Positions 13,180-26,579 of a DNA stretch of 64,000 bases are shown here, piece by piece. Position 1 is the stretch's first letter. Each line of letters begins with the position of its first letter. This DNA is from Eledone cirrhosa (lineage: Eukaryota). A program made the translations under genes and the position numbers. The DNA lies in contig OZ024759.1 of NCBI GenBank assembly GCA_964016885.1, forward strand, positions 27,218,001 to 27,282,000, written 5' to 3'. Below the pieces are notes generated by a model. The model was not told the origin of the DNA. It saw only the letters and a program-made list of their open reading frames with translations, and ran no database searches.

Positions 13180-13774
13180 CCCCCTCTTTATATCAATTAG
13201 CACTAACTCTCTCCCTCTCTATATCTACTACACGGCACTCTCTTCCAATACCCCTCTCTATATGAAGTAACACCAAACTCTCCCCCTCTCTATATATTAA
13301 GCACTAAGTCAGGAATTTTTTTCTTCTTTCGTGCAGAGAGAGTAAAGTTGATTAAATCTACTGCAGTGAATTACTGGTATTTTATTTAATAAAAATTAAA
13401 ATTTACTATTTGTCTTCGTTTAATTTTCGTTTTTCTTTACATAGTTTCGTTTCGTTAAATGTCTCCAGAATTTGTTTTTACTTTTACCGGATATTGAAGG
13501 TGTAAACTTGGTGTTGTCTAGAAACGTGTTAGAAATATTTTTCTTTTAATTGTGAAGAATTTAACCGCAAAGTAAGTTTTTTTTACTGTTTATTTGTGGC
13601 TGGGACAACGTATGGTATGTGTTAATGTAAATGGTGAAGGTTTAAAGATTCTTTTTACAACTGAAAATCAGTTTGTTGTTGCTGCTAATTACTTAACGCA
13701 TGGAATAGATTAAAAAAATACAGGATTGTTTCTCGGAAGAGAGAAAGAAGAAACAACAAATCACAGAAGCGGGT

Positions 13775-13955
13775 AGCACACACATTTGGGACCACATACA
13801 ACACAAAAACAGGTAATCCACACATCTGGGACCACATACAACACACCAGCAGGTAATACATACATCTAGGACCACATAAGCAGGTAATACACACATCTAG
13901 GACCACATACAACACACAAGCAGGTAATACACACATCTAGGACGACATACAACCA
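13775..13955. repeat. Short imperfect tandem repeat, about 39 bp
   Basis: ACACATCTAGGACCACATACAACAC...CAGGTAAT repeated 4-5 times. Confidence 0.8.
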
Positions 13956-13995
13956 AAGGCAGGCGAAAGGGGTGGACAAACGAGCTGCTACTAGA

Positions 13996-14250
13996 TCAAA
14001 AGATAACAGTATCGCGAGGAGCACTGGGAAACCTCTCTAATGATTTTTTTAGGCAAGCCAGCACGTCTGCAGCGTTACCTCGGGCGATGGCGAGGCTGAG
14101 GAGCTGGAACAACCAAGTGCCCTCACGAGCTTCACCAGTCACCTTCGTCAGGCTAGCCGCCAGTGAAGATAGGAATCTCGCAGTCAGTATCCCGACTCCC
14201 CCAAACGCCACAGGCTGGAAAATGTAGTTGGCCGACAGATCACAGTATTA
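13996..14250 (-). mobile_element. CRE-like non-LTR retrotransposon RLE endonuclease 3' fragment
   Basis: YIFQPVAFGGVGILTARFLSSLAASLTKVTGEAREGTWLFQLLSLAIARGNAA. Confidence 0.75.
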
Positions 14251-14271
14251 CTTAACAGTGATAGATATTCT

Positions 14272-14350
14272 GTCTAAAGGAGGGGCGTGCAACAGGCGGC
14301 CCGCGGGCCACAATCGAGCCCACCTGACCAGTCAGAGTGGCCCGCAATGA
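14272..14350 (+). mobile_element. hAT/Charlie-like 5' end
   Basis: GTCTAAAG target-like 8-mer followed by AGGGGCGTGCAACAGGCGGCCCGCGGGCCAC. Confidence 0.55.
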
Positions 14351-14399
14351 CTCTTGTAGGCTTATTTAGAATTTTTTCCATACCCGTAATACTTCTGTT

Positions 14400-15042
14400 A
14401 GTTGACCTATACTAAAGGACTTCACTGATAGGGTTATATGTGTTATAATTTCCCAGTTGACCTATACTAAAGGACTTCACTGATAGGGTTATATGTGTTA
14501 TAGTTTCCCAGTTGACCTATACTAAAGGACTTCACTGATAGGGTTATATGTGTTATAGTTTCCCAGTTGACCTATACTAAAGGACTTCACTGATAGGGTT
14601 ATATGTGTTATAATTTCCCAGTTGACCTATACTAAAGGACTTCACTGATAGGGTTATATGTGTTATAGTTTCCCAGTTGACCTATACTAAAGGGCTTCAC
14701 TGATAGAGTTATATGTGTTATAGTTTCCCAGAGGGCTTCACTGATAGGGTTATATGTGTTATAGTTTCCCAGTTGACCTATACTAAAGGACTTCACTGAT
14801 AGGGTTATATGTGTTATAGTTGCCCAGTTGACCTATACTAAAGGACTTCACTGATAGGGTTATATGTGTTATAGTTTCCCAGTTGACCTATACTAAAGGA
14901 CTTCACTGATAGGGTTATATGTGTTATAGTTTCCCAGTTGACCTATACTAAAGGACTTCACTGATAGGGTTATATGTGTTATAGTTTCCCAGTTGACCTA
15001 TACTAAAGGGCTTCACTGATAGAGTTATATGTGTTATAGTTT
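14400..15042. repeat. 55-bp tandem repeat, about 11.5 copies
   Basis: AGTTGACCTATACTAAAGGACTTCACTGATAGGGTTATATGTGTTATAGTTTCCC; period 14881 to 14936. Confidence 0.95.
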
Positions 15043-15609
15043 GAAACAAACTACCCGCATCAGTTATTATACTTTTATAACACCGCTATATTACCTACAT
15101 GAAAGAGGTAAATATTTATTTCTCTTGTCTTCTTAAATGTATAGAACATTTTTCTTATATATATTCTTAACATAGCTAGGACCGTTTATTATTTACTAGT
15201 CTCTACTCCTAGGACTTTGCTGGTCTCATGTCCCCTCCATCAACACACACTCGGTAGAAAGCTGGTCGTCGGAGGTAAAGTGGCCCTGATTACAGGTCTA
15301 GTATTGAAGCCTTTCGGCTTGAGCCTTGCAGATGCCGACAGAGTTCCTGTGGTAGTTTTGGTAGCACAGCTGACATTTTATTGTGTTTAGGTACCGGCTA
15401 GTGCGGACACAGAGAGCACAACCAGGTGGTGAGCTGGCAACGACCAAGTGTAGAGGGCCAGCTTTGAAATTCGAGCGACGGAGTGAACTAGTAAAAGAGG
15501 CAGGGTAAGCAGCATTGGTTCTAACGGTGGGACTAGAACGGAGGTTGGGTGGTGCTGGGGGTGGGCTAACAGCTAACAGTTGTAGGAGTGGTGGGGGTTT
15601 GCTAGGATT

Positions 15610-17970
15610 AATTTTTACATCTGTCTGTGAACTCTTGAAAAAGCAACATACAATTGTCCAGGGTTAAATACTTGCTCAGGGAGGAACAGACCCACTTTAT
15701 CATGTATTTGACCATGGTTCTTGTTGATTGTCATGGCATATGACAGTCTTAATGGAAACTGGGGTCTTTCCAAAGTAAAAAGGATGTTGGCACCACTGGG
15801 GGCTTACTTCAGTCTTGGGATCAAAACACACCTGCCCATCAAAGGACCATAGATATGAGAAGCTTTGATAAAATGTTTATGCAGTTCTACTACTTCTAAT
15901 CTTGTGCCATTACATAATCTGTTCTGGATTGAAATATTCCATAGAAGCATTAGTATTGATCCTGCTTTTAATTGGAGTTTGTGAGGCGGCATCCCAGAAG
16001 GTGTAAGCAAGTTCATTTAGCTTGAACCAGGCAGCAAGGGTCCCTGCATTTCTACCACAACCTGAGCATTGCCTCTTTGAAAGTAAACTCTGTTTGTTCT
16101 CCAGGTGTGTGGCTAGGCTGTATAATGTATGTGATGTACCATGAAGCTTAAATTCGGAGAGACACGACACTGCTTCTGGCTGAGACACATACCTGCAACA
16201 AAGATAGGTTCTTATTTCATCATGGTTGTGTTGGTTCTGAGCCTCATTAGGTAATGCATTATTCGTTACTTCTATAGATATACAATCATGCCCCATGTAA
16301 CATATTTAAAGAGGTACTTGACACTTTTTACAGAAGCGCAAACTTCAACATTAATATGTGCACAATATTTCTTAAGCAAAAAGGCATTAAATGGCACAAC
16401 ATTCCTGTTATCTACTGAATGTCATCCAATTTACACTGCAGTTCCTGTCTTGCACCTCCTGTACTCTGGGTATCCATTTAGGTTCAATAATGTTTCCCTT
16501 CTGTAGGTTTTTGGATAGTTCTTTTGGAAAAATCCATTTTGTATAAATGGGGGAAAAGGGTTTCCAGAACCACATGGCCCGTGGATCATAAACTTTTAAA
16601 CCTGCTCAAGTAGTACTTGATCATCTTCCAATGCAGGTATTTCTGCTGACACGATTCTGTCAATGTCTTCTCTGTTTCTTATCTTGTCTTCATTTCTTAA
16701 GGCTCAGTGTTATCATCTGTTTAGATAATTCATTAAACCATTATACTCATCCACTCACAATTGGGCTTGATTGTTCCTCAAATATTGAAGCCTGCATCCC
16801 TCTACTTTCATATAGGCTTCCACTAAATACTGCTAAAATAATTTTTCTGCCCTATATATCGCACTAAATCCTCCTCTATATGCTATACTGTATATGTAAT
16901 ACTCCTGCATTGTCAGTCTATTGCAAACACAGGTCCTGCATTCCTCTCCATGTCACTATGCCACCAAAATTCACCATTATGGGTCGGTCATGAGGTCCAA
17001 GTGGCATGAATTATGTGATATTTTCTGAGGAGGATGGTCTTTAGGAAAGATGATAATATCTCTTTGTACAGGTGGTCTGCCCTCAATCCCCCACAAAACA
17101 ACAGCTATCATTACTAGTTGGTAAATTATAGCAGCTCATATCTGATCCTCTTCTAAATCTTAATTCACAGTTCTGTACACGACAATTTTCTCTTCTTGCA
17201 CTTTGCTGTTTGATGCCATGCATTGTATTGTACAATTCGACATATGGATTACATTCATGCAACACCTCTCTTATCATAGCCATTTTTTGTGGTGAGCACT
17301 CATTATTTGTTGGTACTAGGGCGGTGGATTGGCAGTATCGGTAGAGCGTCAGACACCATGCTTTGCAGCATAGGGTTATGGCCCTTTACGTTCTGGGTTC
17401 AAATCCCTCCAAGGTTGACTTTGTTTTCATCCTTATGAGGTCGATAGAATAAAGTACCAGTAATTGCTGGCCTTGTGCCAGAAACAATTATTTGGTCGTA
17501 CTTCCAATCTGTGCTACACACCTTCGTTCCCATCAATAATATATAACTGGCCATATTGTGGTGTATTTTCTGCAGGTTACAGAGGTGGGGGTGTAGTCAT
17601 ATGTTTGACCCTGAATATGAAAGCTATACGGGCCTCTGCCGGGTGGTAACACCAAATGAAGTGAAATAAATGTAGTTTTAATTGCAGACGTTTCTGTGAA
17701 ATCAACTGCTTCCTGGCCTCTTTCAAAGAGATTTCTCAGTCTCTCGGGGTATATTTGCAATGGAGGCAACACAACCTTTCCTTTATTACAACAGTTACAA
17801 TTTTCATTTCTAAATTTCAAAGCTTCACAGTGATCACACGAAACATTCATATCACTAATATGAAATTCTTCTACATTTCCATTAATATTAATTATTGGCC
17901 AATTTCTCTTACGACGCTCATTATCCATTCTTCTCTGTCTGAATGTTTTCCATTCTAAGTCTATTTGCAT
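15610..17970 (-). mobile_element. Decayed, internally deleted Helitron (Rep plus PIF1 helicase remnants)
   Basis: In order: CxxC..CCxxGKVVLP, QGQTY, LHECNPYVELY, YLCCRYVSQPEA, PSGMPPHKLQLKAG..NRLCNGTRL, QFPLRLSYAMTINK..GQLYVAFSRV; many stops and frameshifts. Confidence 0.92.
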
Positions 17971-18071
17971 GGAATAATTATATTCTGTTGTTTATTATGT
18001 AATTAAATAGCTCTGTACAATACATAGAGCATTCTTCTTTTCTTTACCTTTTCTATAGAAATACAAGAACA

Positions 18072-18112
<41 letters not shown>

Positions 18113-19053
18113 GTGTGTATATACATAAACAAGACTGTTATTACTCCAACCAGTCTATTTACCTTTGATAACTATCCTAAATATAAATACACCTATACCA
18201 TACATACATATATCATATATCTTTTTGATGCCGTGGTATAGCAGAGATAAGCAAGAAGAGAAAAGAAAATGAAAAGGAGAAAAAAAAGGAAGTAAGAAGT
18301 CGGGGGAAGGACAGACACTTCACCCCAGTCTAAGTGGTCCCTCAGCCGCAACCTGTGGAGGAAACGTAAAAGCGTTACCTCGGAACAAGGCCAGAGACAC
18401 CTGCTACAATAGTCGCCCCTCCTCACGAGGCTCCTGCCGTCTTTCCTCCCGACTTTATGGAGGAAATCAGCAGTAGGGGGAGCAAGTATGGCAGAGGTCT
18501 CAATGGAGTGGAAGAGGTGAGTCAGGCCTCAGTACTATCTTACTCTCCTCTGCGTTGCGGGGTGTGGAGCCTAGGTTTGTGGCTGTAGCTATATTTGAAC
18601 TTTTATATGAAATTTCAGTTTTATATTTTTCACATCTTAAAACTTAATCTTAGTCTTTTGCAGCTCATCTAGTTTCATCTCAAAGCACACGATTTGGGAA
18701 CCACTGCTCTAGAGATAGAAAAAGTATATTTTATGCAAGGCTTCCTTGAGACATAAAATCTATTTCAAGAGATCAACATGGGTAGAAAGGTTGAGAAATG
18801 CTGCTCAATGTTCTTCGGTTTTTGTTCACCTTTAAATAATCATGTATAAAATATCGGGTGTGCAAGATTTCATGAAAAGGTATAACATTATTTATGCTGA
18901 TCTTGCAGGGACTAGCTCCAATTGAGAGTTGTACAATTCCCACTAAACTCGAAACTCCTGGACAATATATACATATCTTTATAAGTTCCTGTGTATTGTG
19001 TCGGTGTATAATGAAACATAAATATATACCATGCATGTCAGTCAGATTTGAAC
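17211..19053 (+). repeat. Segmental duplicate of 6313-8104 (probably the source copy)
   Basis: Colinear identity; only this copy continues into the rest of the Helitron. Confidence 0.93.
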
Positions 19054-20102
19054 AGAATTATTAGCCACAGGGGCAGATATGTCCATAACATTACATGACA
19101 GAATTATTAGCCACAGGGGCAGAGATGTCCATAACATTACATGTCAGAATTATGAGCCACTGGGGCAGAGATGTCCCTAACATTACATGTCAGAATTATT
19201 AGCCACAGGGGCAGAGATGTCCATAACATTACATGACAGAATTATTAGCCACAGGGGCAGAGATGTCCATAACATTACATGACAGAATTATTAGCCACAT
19301 GTAATGTTATGGACATCTCTGCCCCTGTGGCTAATAATTCTGTCATGTAATGTTATGGACATCTCTGCCCCTGTGGCTAATAATTCTGACATGTAATGTT
19401 ATGGACATCTCTGCCCCTGTGGCTAATAAATCTGTCATGTAATGTTATGGACATCTCTGCCCCTGTGGCTAATAATTCTGCCATGTGATGTTATGGACAT
19501 CTCTGCCCCTGTGGCTAATAATTCTGACATGTAATGTTATGGACATCTCTGCCCCTGTGGCTAATAATTCTGACATGTAATGTTATGGTCATCTCTGCCC
19601 CTGTGGCTAATAATTCTGAGAGAGATGAAACAAGTGAGGGATTAGAGTGTTGAAACAAGAGAGAGAGAGAGCGAGCTGAAATGAGAGAGTGAGAGCGAGA
19701 TGAAACGAGACAGGGAGAGCGAGATGAAACGAGAGAGTGAGAGCGAGAGAGGGGCAGAGATGTCCATAACATTACATGTCAGAATTATTAGCCACAGGGG
19801 CAGAGATATCCATAACATTACATGACAGATTTATTAGCCATAGGGGCAGAGATGTCCATAACATTACATGACAGAATTATTAGCCACAGGGGCAGAGATG
19901 TCCATAACATTACATGACATAATTATTAGCCACAGGGGCAGAGATATCCATAACATTACATGACAGAATTATTAGCCATAGGGGCAGAGATGTCCATAAC
20001 ATTACATGACAGAATTATTAGCCACAGGGGCAGAGATGTCCATAACATTACGTGACAATTATTAGCCCCAGGGGCAGATAAGTCCATAACATTACATGAC
20101 AG
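19053..20102. repeat. 46-bp minisatellite with internal inversion (about 19298-19750)
   Basis: Forward units, then reverse-complement units plus an AG-rich tract, then forward units again. Confidence 0.93.
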
Positions 20103-22170
20103 ACTTTCATCTCGCGCTCTCTCTCTTCCTCTCTCTCGTTTCATCTCGCTCTCTCTGTCTCGTTCCATCTCGCTCTGACTCTCTCGTTTCATCTCTCTCT
20201 TCCTCTCTCTCATTCTATCTCTCTCTTCCTCTCTCTCGTTTCATCTCTCTCTCTCGTTTCCTCTCTATCTCCCTCGTTTCATCTGTCTCTCTCTCTGTCG
20301 TTTCATCTCCCTCTATCTCTCTCTCGCTCTCTCGTTTCATCTCTCTCTCCCTCTCATTTCATCTCGCTCTCTCTCTCCTGTTTCATCTCGCTCTCTACTC
20401 TCGTTTCCTCTCTCTCGTTTCCTCTCTCTCTCGTTTCATCTCTCTATGTCTCATTTCATCTCGCTCTCTCTCTCTCTCTCATTTCATCTCGTTCTTTCTC
20501 CCTCTCATTTCATCTCGCTCTCACTCTCTCGTTTCATCTCGCTCTCTCACTCTCGTTTCATCTCGCACTCTCTCTCTCGTTTCATCTCGCTCTTTCTCTC
20601 TCTCTCTCTCTCTCTCATTTCATCTCGCTCTCTCTCTCTCTCGTTTCATCTCGCTCTCTCTCTCTCATTTCATCTCATCTCTCTCTCTCATTTCATCTCG
20701 CTCTCTCTCGTTTCATCTCGCTCTCACTCTCTCGTTTCATCTCGCTCTCCCTGTCTCGTTTCATCTCGCTCTCACTCTCTCATTTCATCTCACTCTCTCT
20801 CTCTCATGTCATCTCGCTCTCTCTCTCTTGTTTCAACACTCTAATCCTTCACTTGTTTCATCTCTCTCTAATCCCTCACTTGTTTCATCTCTCTCTTGTT
20901 TCAATTCTTTCTCTCTCTCTCTCTCTCTTTCTATTCCCTCTCTCTTTCTATTCCCTCTCTCTTTCTCTCCCCTCTCTCTGTTGTTTCATCCCTCACCCTC
21001 TTGTTTCATCCCCTTCTCTCCCTCTCTCTCTCTTCCCCTCTCTCTCTCTCTTCCTCTCTCTCATCCCCTCTCTCTCTCTTCCTCTCTCTCTCTCTTCCTC
21101 TCTCCCCTCACCCTCTTGTTTCAACTCTCTCCTCGTTTCAACTCTCTCTCTCTCCTCTCGTTTCAACTCTCTCTCTCTCCTCTCGTTTCAACTCTCTCTC
21201 TCTCCTCGCATTTCAACCATCTCCTCTCTTGTTTCAACTCTCTCACCTCTCGTTTCAACTCTCTCTCTCTGTGTCTCCAATGTGTATACCGATATATATA
21301 TACCGAAGAATGTACATAAACACACATGCATACACGCATGTGTGTATATATATATACATACATGTGTCTCTCTCTCTCCCTATATATATGTACATATGTG
21401 TAAATATGAACATACATATTAGTGTATATATATTGCTATCTATATGCATATTTGTATAATTACACTGTATGGTGAATTGGCAGTATCGGTAGAGGGTCTG
21501 ACGCCATGCTTTCCAGCATAGTTACGTCCCTTTACGATCCGAGGTCAACTTTGCCTTTCATCCTTACGGGGTCGATAAAATAAAGTACCAGTAATGTACT
21601 GGTTAATTACTGACCTTGTGCCTAAAATAGAAACAATTATTAGTTCAAAGAGAAACCACCATCATAGAGAAACCACCATCCTACCTGAAATATTATGTTA
21701 TCATATTAAATATTTCTTATACTGTCATGTTTTTTCTTTAAAACGATTGCATTTCAATAAAGTGAAGAAAACTATTATATACTGTTGTTATATCATTATA
21801 CTTTAGTTTTAACTTATTATTTCTATGTGTATAAATATAATGTATGTAAGTGTGTTTGAAAATATATAATAATAATATGCATGTTTGAAGCAGGGTTCAA
21901 CTGAAATATCTACACCGGTAACTTAATTAGTGTTACACCTTAGGCATAAACTATTTGGCATTCTTTGAAGGAGGTACTAGGTTTTTCGCTGTCTTAAATG
22001 GAGTATACACGCGCACACGATGCATATATATAAATTGTTTTTCTCTGTACAAAGAGATTGACATCATTTCTTAAATCATTATTTAGGGTTTTACAACAAA
22101 ACATATTGTATGTGTAATTATACAAATTGAATTTAAGTATTTATTTTAAAATTTTACATACACTTTAGTA

Positions 22171-22207
<37 letters not shown>

Positions 22208-22738
22208 TTTGTGATGCCATGCATTGTATTGTACACTTCGACATATGGATTACATTCATGCAACACCTCTCTTATCATAGCCATTTTTTGTGGTGAGCAG
22301 TCATTATTTGTTGGTACTAGGGCGGTGGATTGGCAGTATCGGTAGAGCGTCAGACACCATGCTTTGCAGCATAGGGTTATGGCCCTTTACGTTCTGGGTT
22401 CAAATCCCTCCAAGGTTGACTTTGTTTTCATCCTTATGAGGTCGATAGAATAAAGTACCAGTAATTGCTGGCCTTGTGCCAGAAACAATTATTTGGTCGT
22501 ACTTCCAATCTGTGCTACATACCTTCGTTCCCATCAATAATATATAACTGGCCATATTGTGGTGCATTTTCTGCAGGTTACAGAGATGGGGGTGTAGTGA
22601 TATGTTTGACCCTGAATATGAAAGCTATACGGGCCTCTGCCGGGTGGTAACACCAAATGAAGTGAAATAAATGTAGTTTTAATTGCAGATGTTTCTGTGA
22701 AATCAACTGCTTCCTGGCCTCTTTCAAAGAGAATTCTC
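20103..22738 (+). repeat. Segmental duplication of about 4158-6838 (CT satellite, unique segment, two SINEs, Helitron piece)
   Basis: Colinear near-identity; duplicated ORFs MYWLITDLVPK and MLALCQKQLFG. Confidence 0.95.
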
Positions 22739-22975
22739 CGGTTATTTCCGGGTGTTTCCGGGTATTTGCGGCTGTTTTCGGGTATTTACGGCTATTCCCG
22801 AGTATTTTCGGATGTTTCCGGTTTTTTGGGGGTATTTTCGGCTATTTCCGGGTTTTCCCGGCTATTTCCAGGTATTATCGGCTATTTCCGGTTGTATCCG
22901 GGTATTTTCCATCGAATTTCCGACTAGTTCCGGCGATTTCCCGACTATTTTCAGTCTGTTCCGTCTATTTTCGGG
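22735..22975. repeat. Degenerate roughly 10-bp CpG-containing repeat (TATTTYCGGS-like)
   Basis: Direct reading. Confidence 0.7.
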
Positions 22976-23696
22976 TGGCGTCACCACGACTTTAACGGGA
23001 GGTTTCATGTCTAAAAAACAAACAAAAAAAAATATCTTAACTGTGTAGGATCTAAGGGAGGCAACTCAAGTTCAAGGGAGATAATTAAAACCTGTGACTA
23101 GTTACACTTGGGTCTCGAATAATCGACCACTCTTCCCCGCTTATTTTCGGATTTTTTTCCATTCCCTGCTGCTTATTAAATTTTACTAATTTATCTCCGG
23201 TGAAATTTAATTTTAAGTTGTAGCATTCCTGCGACAATTAATTTTCTTTATACATGATAAAAGAAAGTACATTCTTCGAAATCCCATTCGTTATAAAATA
23301 AATAGGATAGGTTGGAGTCTCAATATGTAAACTAAACGACAAATTCTGATTTTTTTAAAAATCAATGGAGACAACATAGAAAAATTACCGATCAACACTG
23401 CCAAAATTATGTGACCCACCAGCTATAATCTGCTCGAGACATGCCGTATGTCAGTCACTGCGGCGTCCCTACGACCCCATCACGAATTACTGCTCTATAC
23501 ATACATAGATTAGTAGAGTTCATACTGTTACAAGTATTTGTATCAAGTGTCTGGTTTAATGGCACCCCTTCTTCTCCCATCTCTCTCTGGCTCCCACCAC
23601 TACTAGAGGCTCTGAACTAGGTGTAGGGTCATGGGCATTACCCTCTTCTCGTCATAATGAGAAAGTAAGAGTGTTGAATTACAGAGATATAGCTTC

Positions 23697-23768
<72 letters not shown>

Positions 23769-24059
23769 CAAATTTATACGGGAACAAAACAGAGGCAGAC
23801 AAATAAAGGTTTATTAGGTTCACGCTTTTGAGAGTGGGGGGGGGGGACGTTTCGGGCATAAGCCCTTCAGGAGTAAATAGGTTAGGAAAAGAGTTCAGAG
23901 GGTGTGTGGAAATACATTTAGAAAAAAGGAGGAAGGAGAACAAATAAAAATAAACATAAGAATAAACAATAAGATATATATATATATATATATATATCTT
24001 TCTCCACCTTCGTCACCACCATAACGATCGTACACCTCCGCCGTTGCCATCACTAGCAA

Positions 24060-24170
24060 CAAGCTGAGTAACTATCAGCCAGCTGAAAATTTCCGTATGT
24101 TTCCGTCAAACTCCGCCGAGTTCCGGTTGTAAAGTTTACTCAATGACACATGTCATGTGAAGATCGCTGT
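24060..24170. promoter_or_regulatory. Possible MFSD11 promoter region
   Basis: Locally CpG-rich, apparently unique sequence 1.8 kb upstream of the ATG, with TTCCGG (24121) and GTCATGTGA (24152-24160). Confidence 0.25.
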
Positions 24171-24780
24171 AATTACGACAAGCATAAGAACAACAATATA
24201 CACATGATAACGATGACACCTACTACGATGATAATACAGATGTCCACGACAATGATGATGATTTTACCGCCGACACATCAACACATTAGCATTCAGCCAT
24301 ATCTTCTTTCTATCAACGTTTAAAAAAATCGTCTCGTCGCTATTGTTGTTGTTTTTGGGGTACCACCTCTCACAAAATGATATAACACACATATGAACAC
24401 ATCTATATAACGTATATAATATATGTTATATAGTTGTGTATATATATATATATATACATACATATATACATACATATATACATACATATTTATATACAAA
24501 TGCTGCTCGCGTGTACACCCCAAAATACCTGCCTAAAACACAACTAGCTTAAGACATATACACATATATAGACGTATATAATTGCTTACGTATGCAGTTA
24601 ACACACATATGTATATATAATATATAGATACATACATAAGTATCACACACACACACATATTTATATAAACAAACAAGACACATTCATACTCGTACAATTA
24701 ACTCACATGTTAGATAGATCGTACAAGTAACACACACGTAAACATCTTTATACAAACACACACACCGCACCTACCTTTAA

Positions 24781-24830
<50 letters not shown>

Positions 24831-25901
24831 TTATATATAATTCGTTTCTGATTTAGGCACAAGGTCAGCAATTTAGGGAGAGGAAAAAGTCGACTAAATC
24901 GACCACAGTGCATCACTGGTACTTAATTATATACACCCCGTAAGGATGAAAGGCAAAGCTAACTTCGGCAGGATATATATAATTTATTAATGTTCAAACA
25001 GGGTACAAAAAGTGCTACGTAAGGTTTCAAGGTCCATTAATGACCGTCACCCCAGATTGTGCCCGGTGCTGATATAGATTGAAAGATCGATCAAATTTGT
25101 GACCTATTCAATAGACTCATTGTTATCGCTTGATAATATGGTGTTTGTTTTTTATTTTTTAAATAACCTTATCCTGGTGAAATCAACAAGTTGGTGATAA
25201 CCACTACCACCAACAGGAACACACCTCCAACAACAATAATACCAATACCACCACCAACATCATCATCAACAACAATATCACCACCACTACCACCAACAAC
25301 AACAATAACACCATCAACGACAGCAATAGGTGAAGCAGGAAAGGGGAAGTGAAAAAATGAAATATTTATTATTTTAAATTACTTAATAATTACGTTAAGT
25401 TTTAATAATTTAGTCCACCTCTAACACCGACCAGTAGAGACAGATACATTATATATATATATATATATAAGAGGGAGAGATTTGTGTCTTTACTCTGACC
25501 TTTTTTTCTGTTTCTCCATTGTAATCCTGTCTCTATTTTGTACTCCCGAAGAAGGGCTTAAACCCGACACGTCGAACTTTCTTTCCTCTTTCCAACAATT
25601 TAAAGCGTGAAACTAATAAGACATTTTGTACCTCTGTTGTCTCCTTCAACTTTATATATATATATATATATAGACAATAGCAACAAATATATGTAATATA
25701 TAAATAATAGCACACACACAAATATATATATAGTAATAATAATAAATTTGAAGACTAAAATCCAAAGAGGGCTCGATAAGGATAAATATATATCAAATAT
25801 ATAAGAACCCTAGAGCAAATATTTATTAAAATATTTATATATATATATATATATATATAACATTTAATTAGAACAAGAAGAACAACAATAATTAAAGCAA
25901 G

Positions 25902-26006
25902 ATGCCGCCCCAAAGTTTTTGTAACGCTAACATGTTTAATGTCATTTTATTGGGGTTAGCTTTTATGTTTGTCTTCACCGCATTCCAGACCACGTCCATG
26001 GTCCAG
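25902..26006 (+). CDS. MFSD11: MFSD11 exon 1
   Basis: MPPQSFCNANMFNVILLGLAFMFVFTAFQTTSMVQ then gtaaat. Confidence 0.93.
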
Positions 26007-26538
26007 GTAAATATAATTCTTCCATTTTTTTTTTATTTTTACCTTAGATATATACACACACACCATATATTCTTTTTACCTTATATATACACTGTTCACT
26101 TTCCTGACATTTGTACATTATTCTATGTACCATACATGCACCTTTGATGATTTGTAGTGCACCTGAGCACTGTACACAATAATTTCATTATTATTATATA
26201 TATATACATATATATATGGTGGCTGCCAACTCGTTTTTGAGTATGGCCACTACTTTATATCCATGTAGGAGAACCCCTACCGATGCGCTATACAAGTATG
26301 ACTTTTTAGTCCAGCCAGCGACTTGAAAACTCATGTACAAACACTAAACCTGTGACAATTATTGACACATAGTGCTGGGCCATGGCACCATGTGACGACA
26401 AGTGCAGAGAGATCTCCAGATATAAAGCAATGCCTGTGCCGTGAAGCTTTTATAGTGAGCAAAGGCAGTGCACAAAGCCAGTCCCACTCTCTTAACCAAG
26501 ATGATATTTACCAAAAAGAAGAGCAAGTCAACATCATT

Positions 26539-26579
<41 letters not shown>

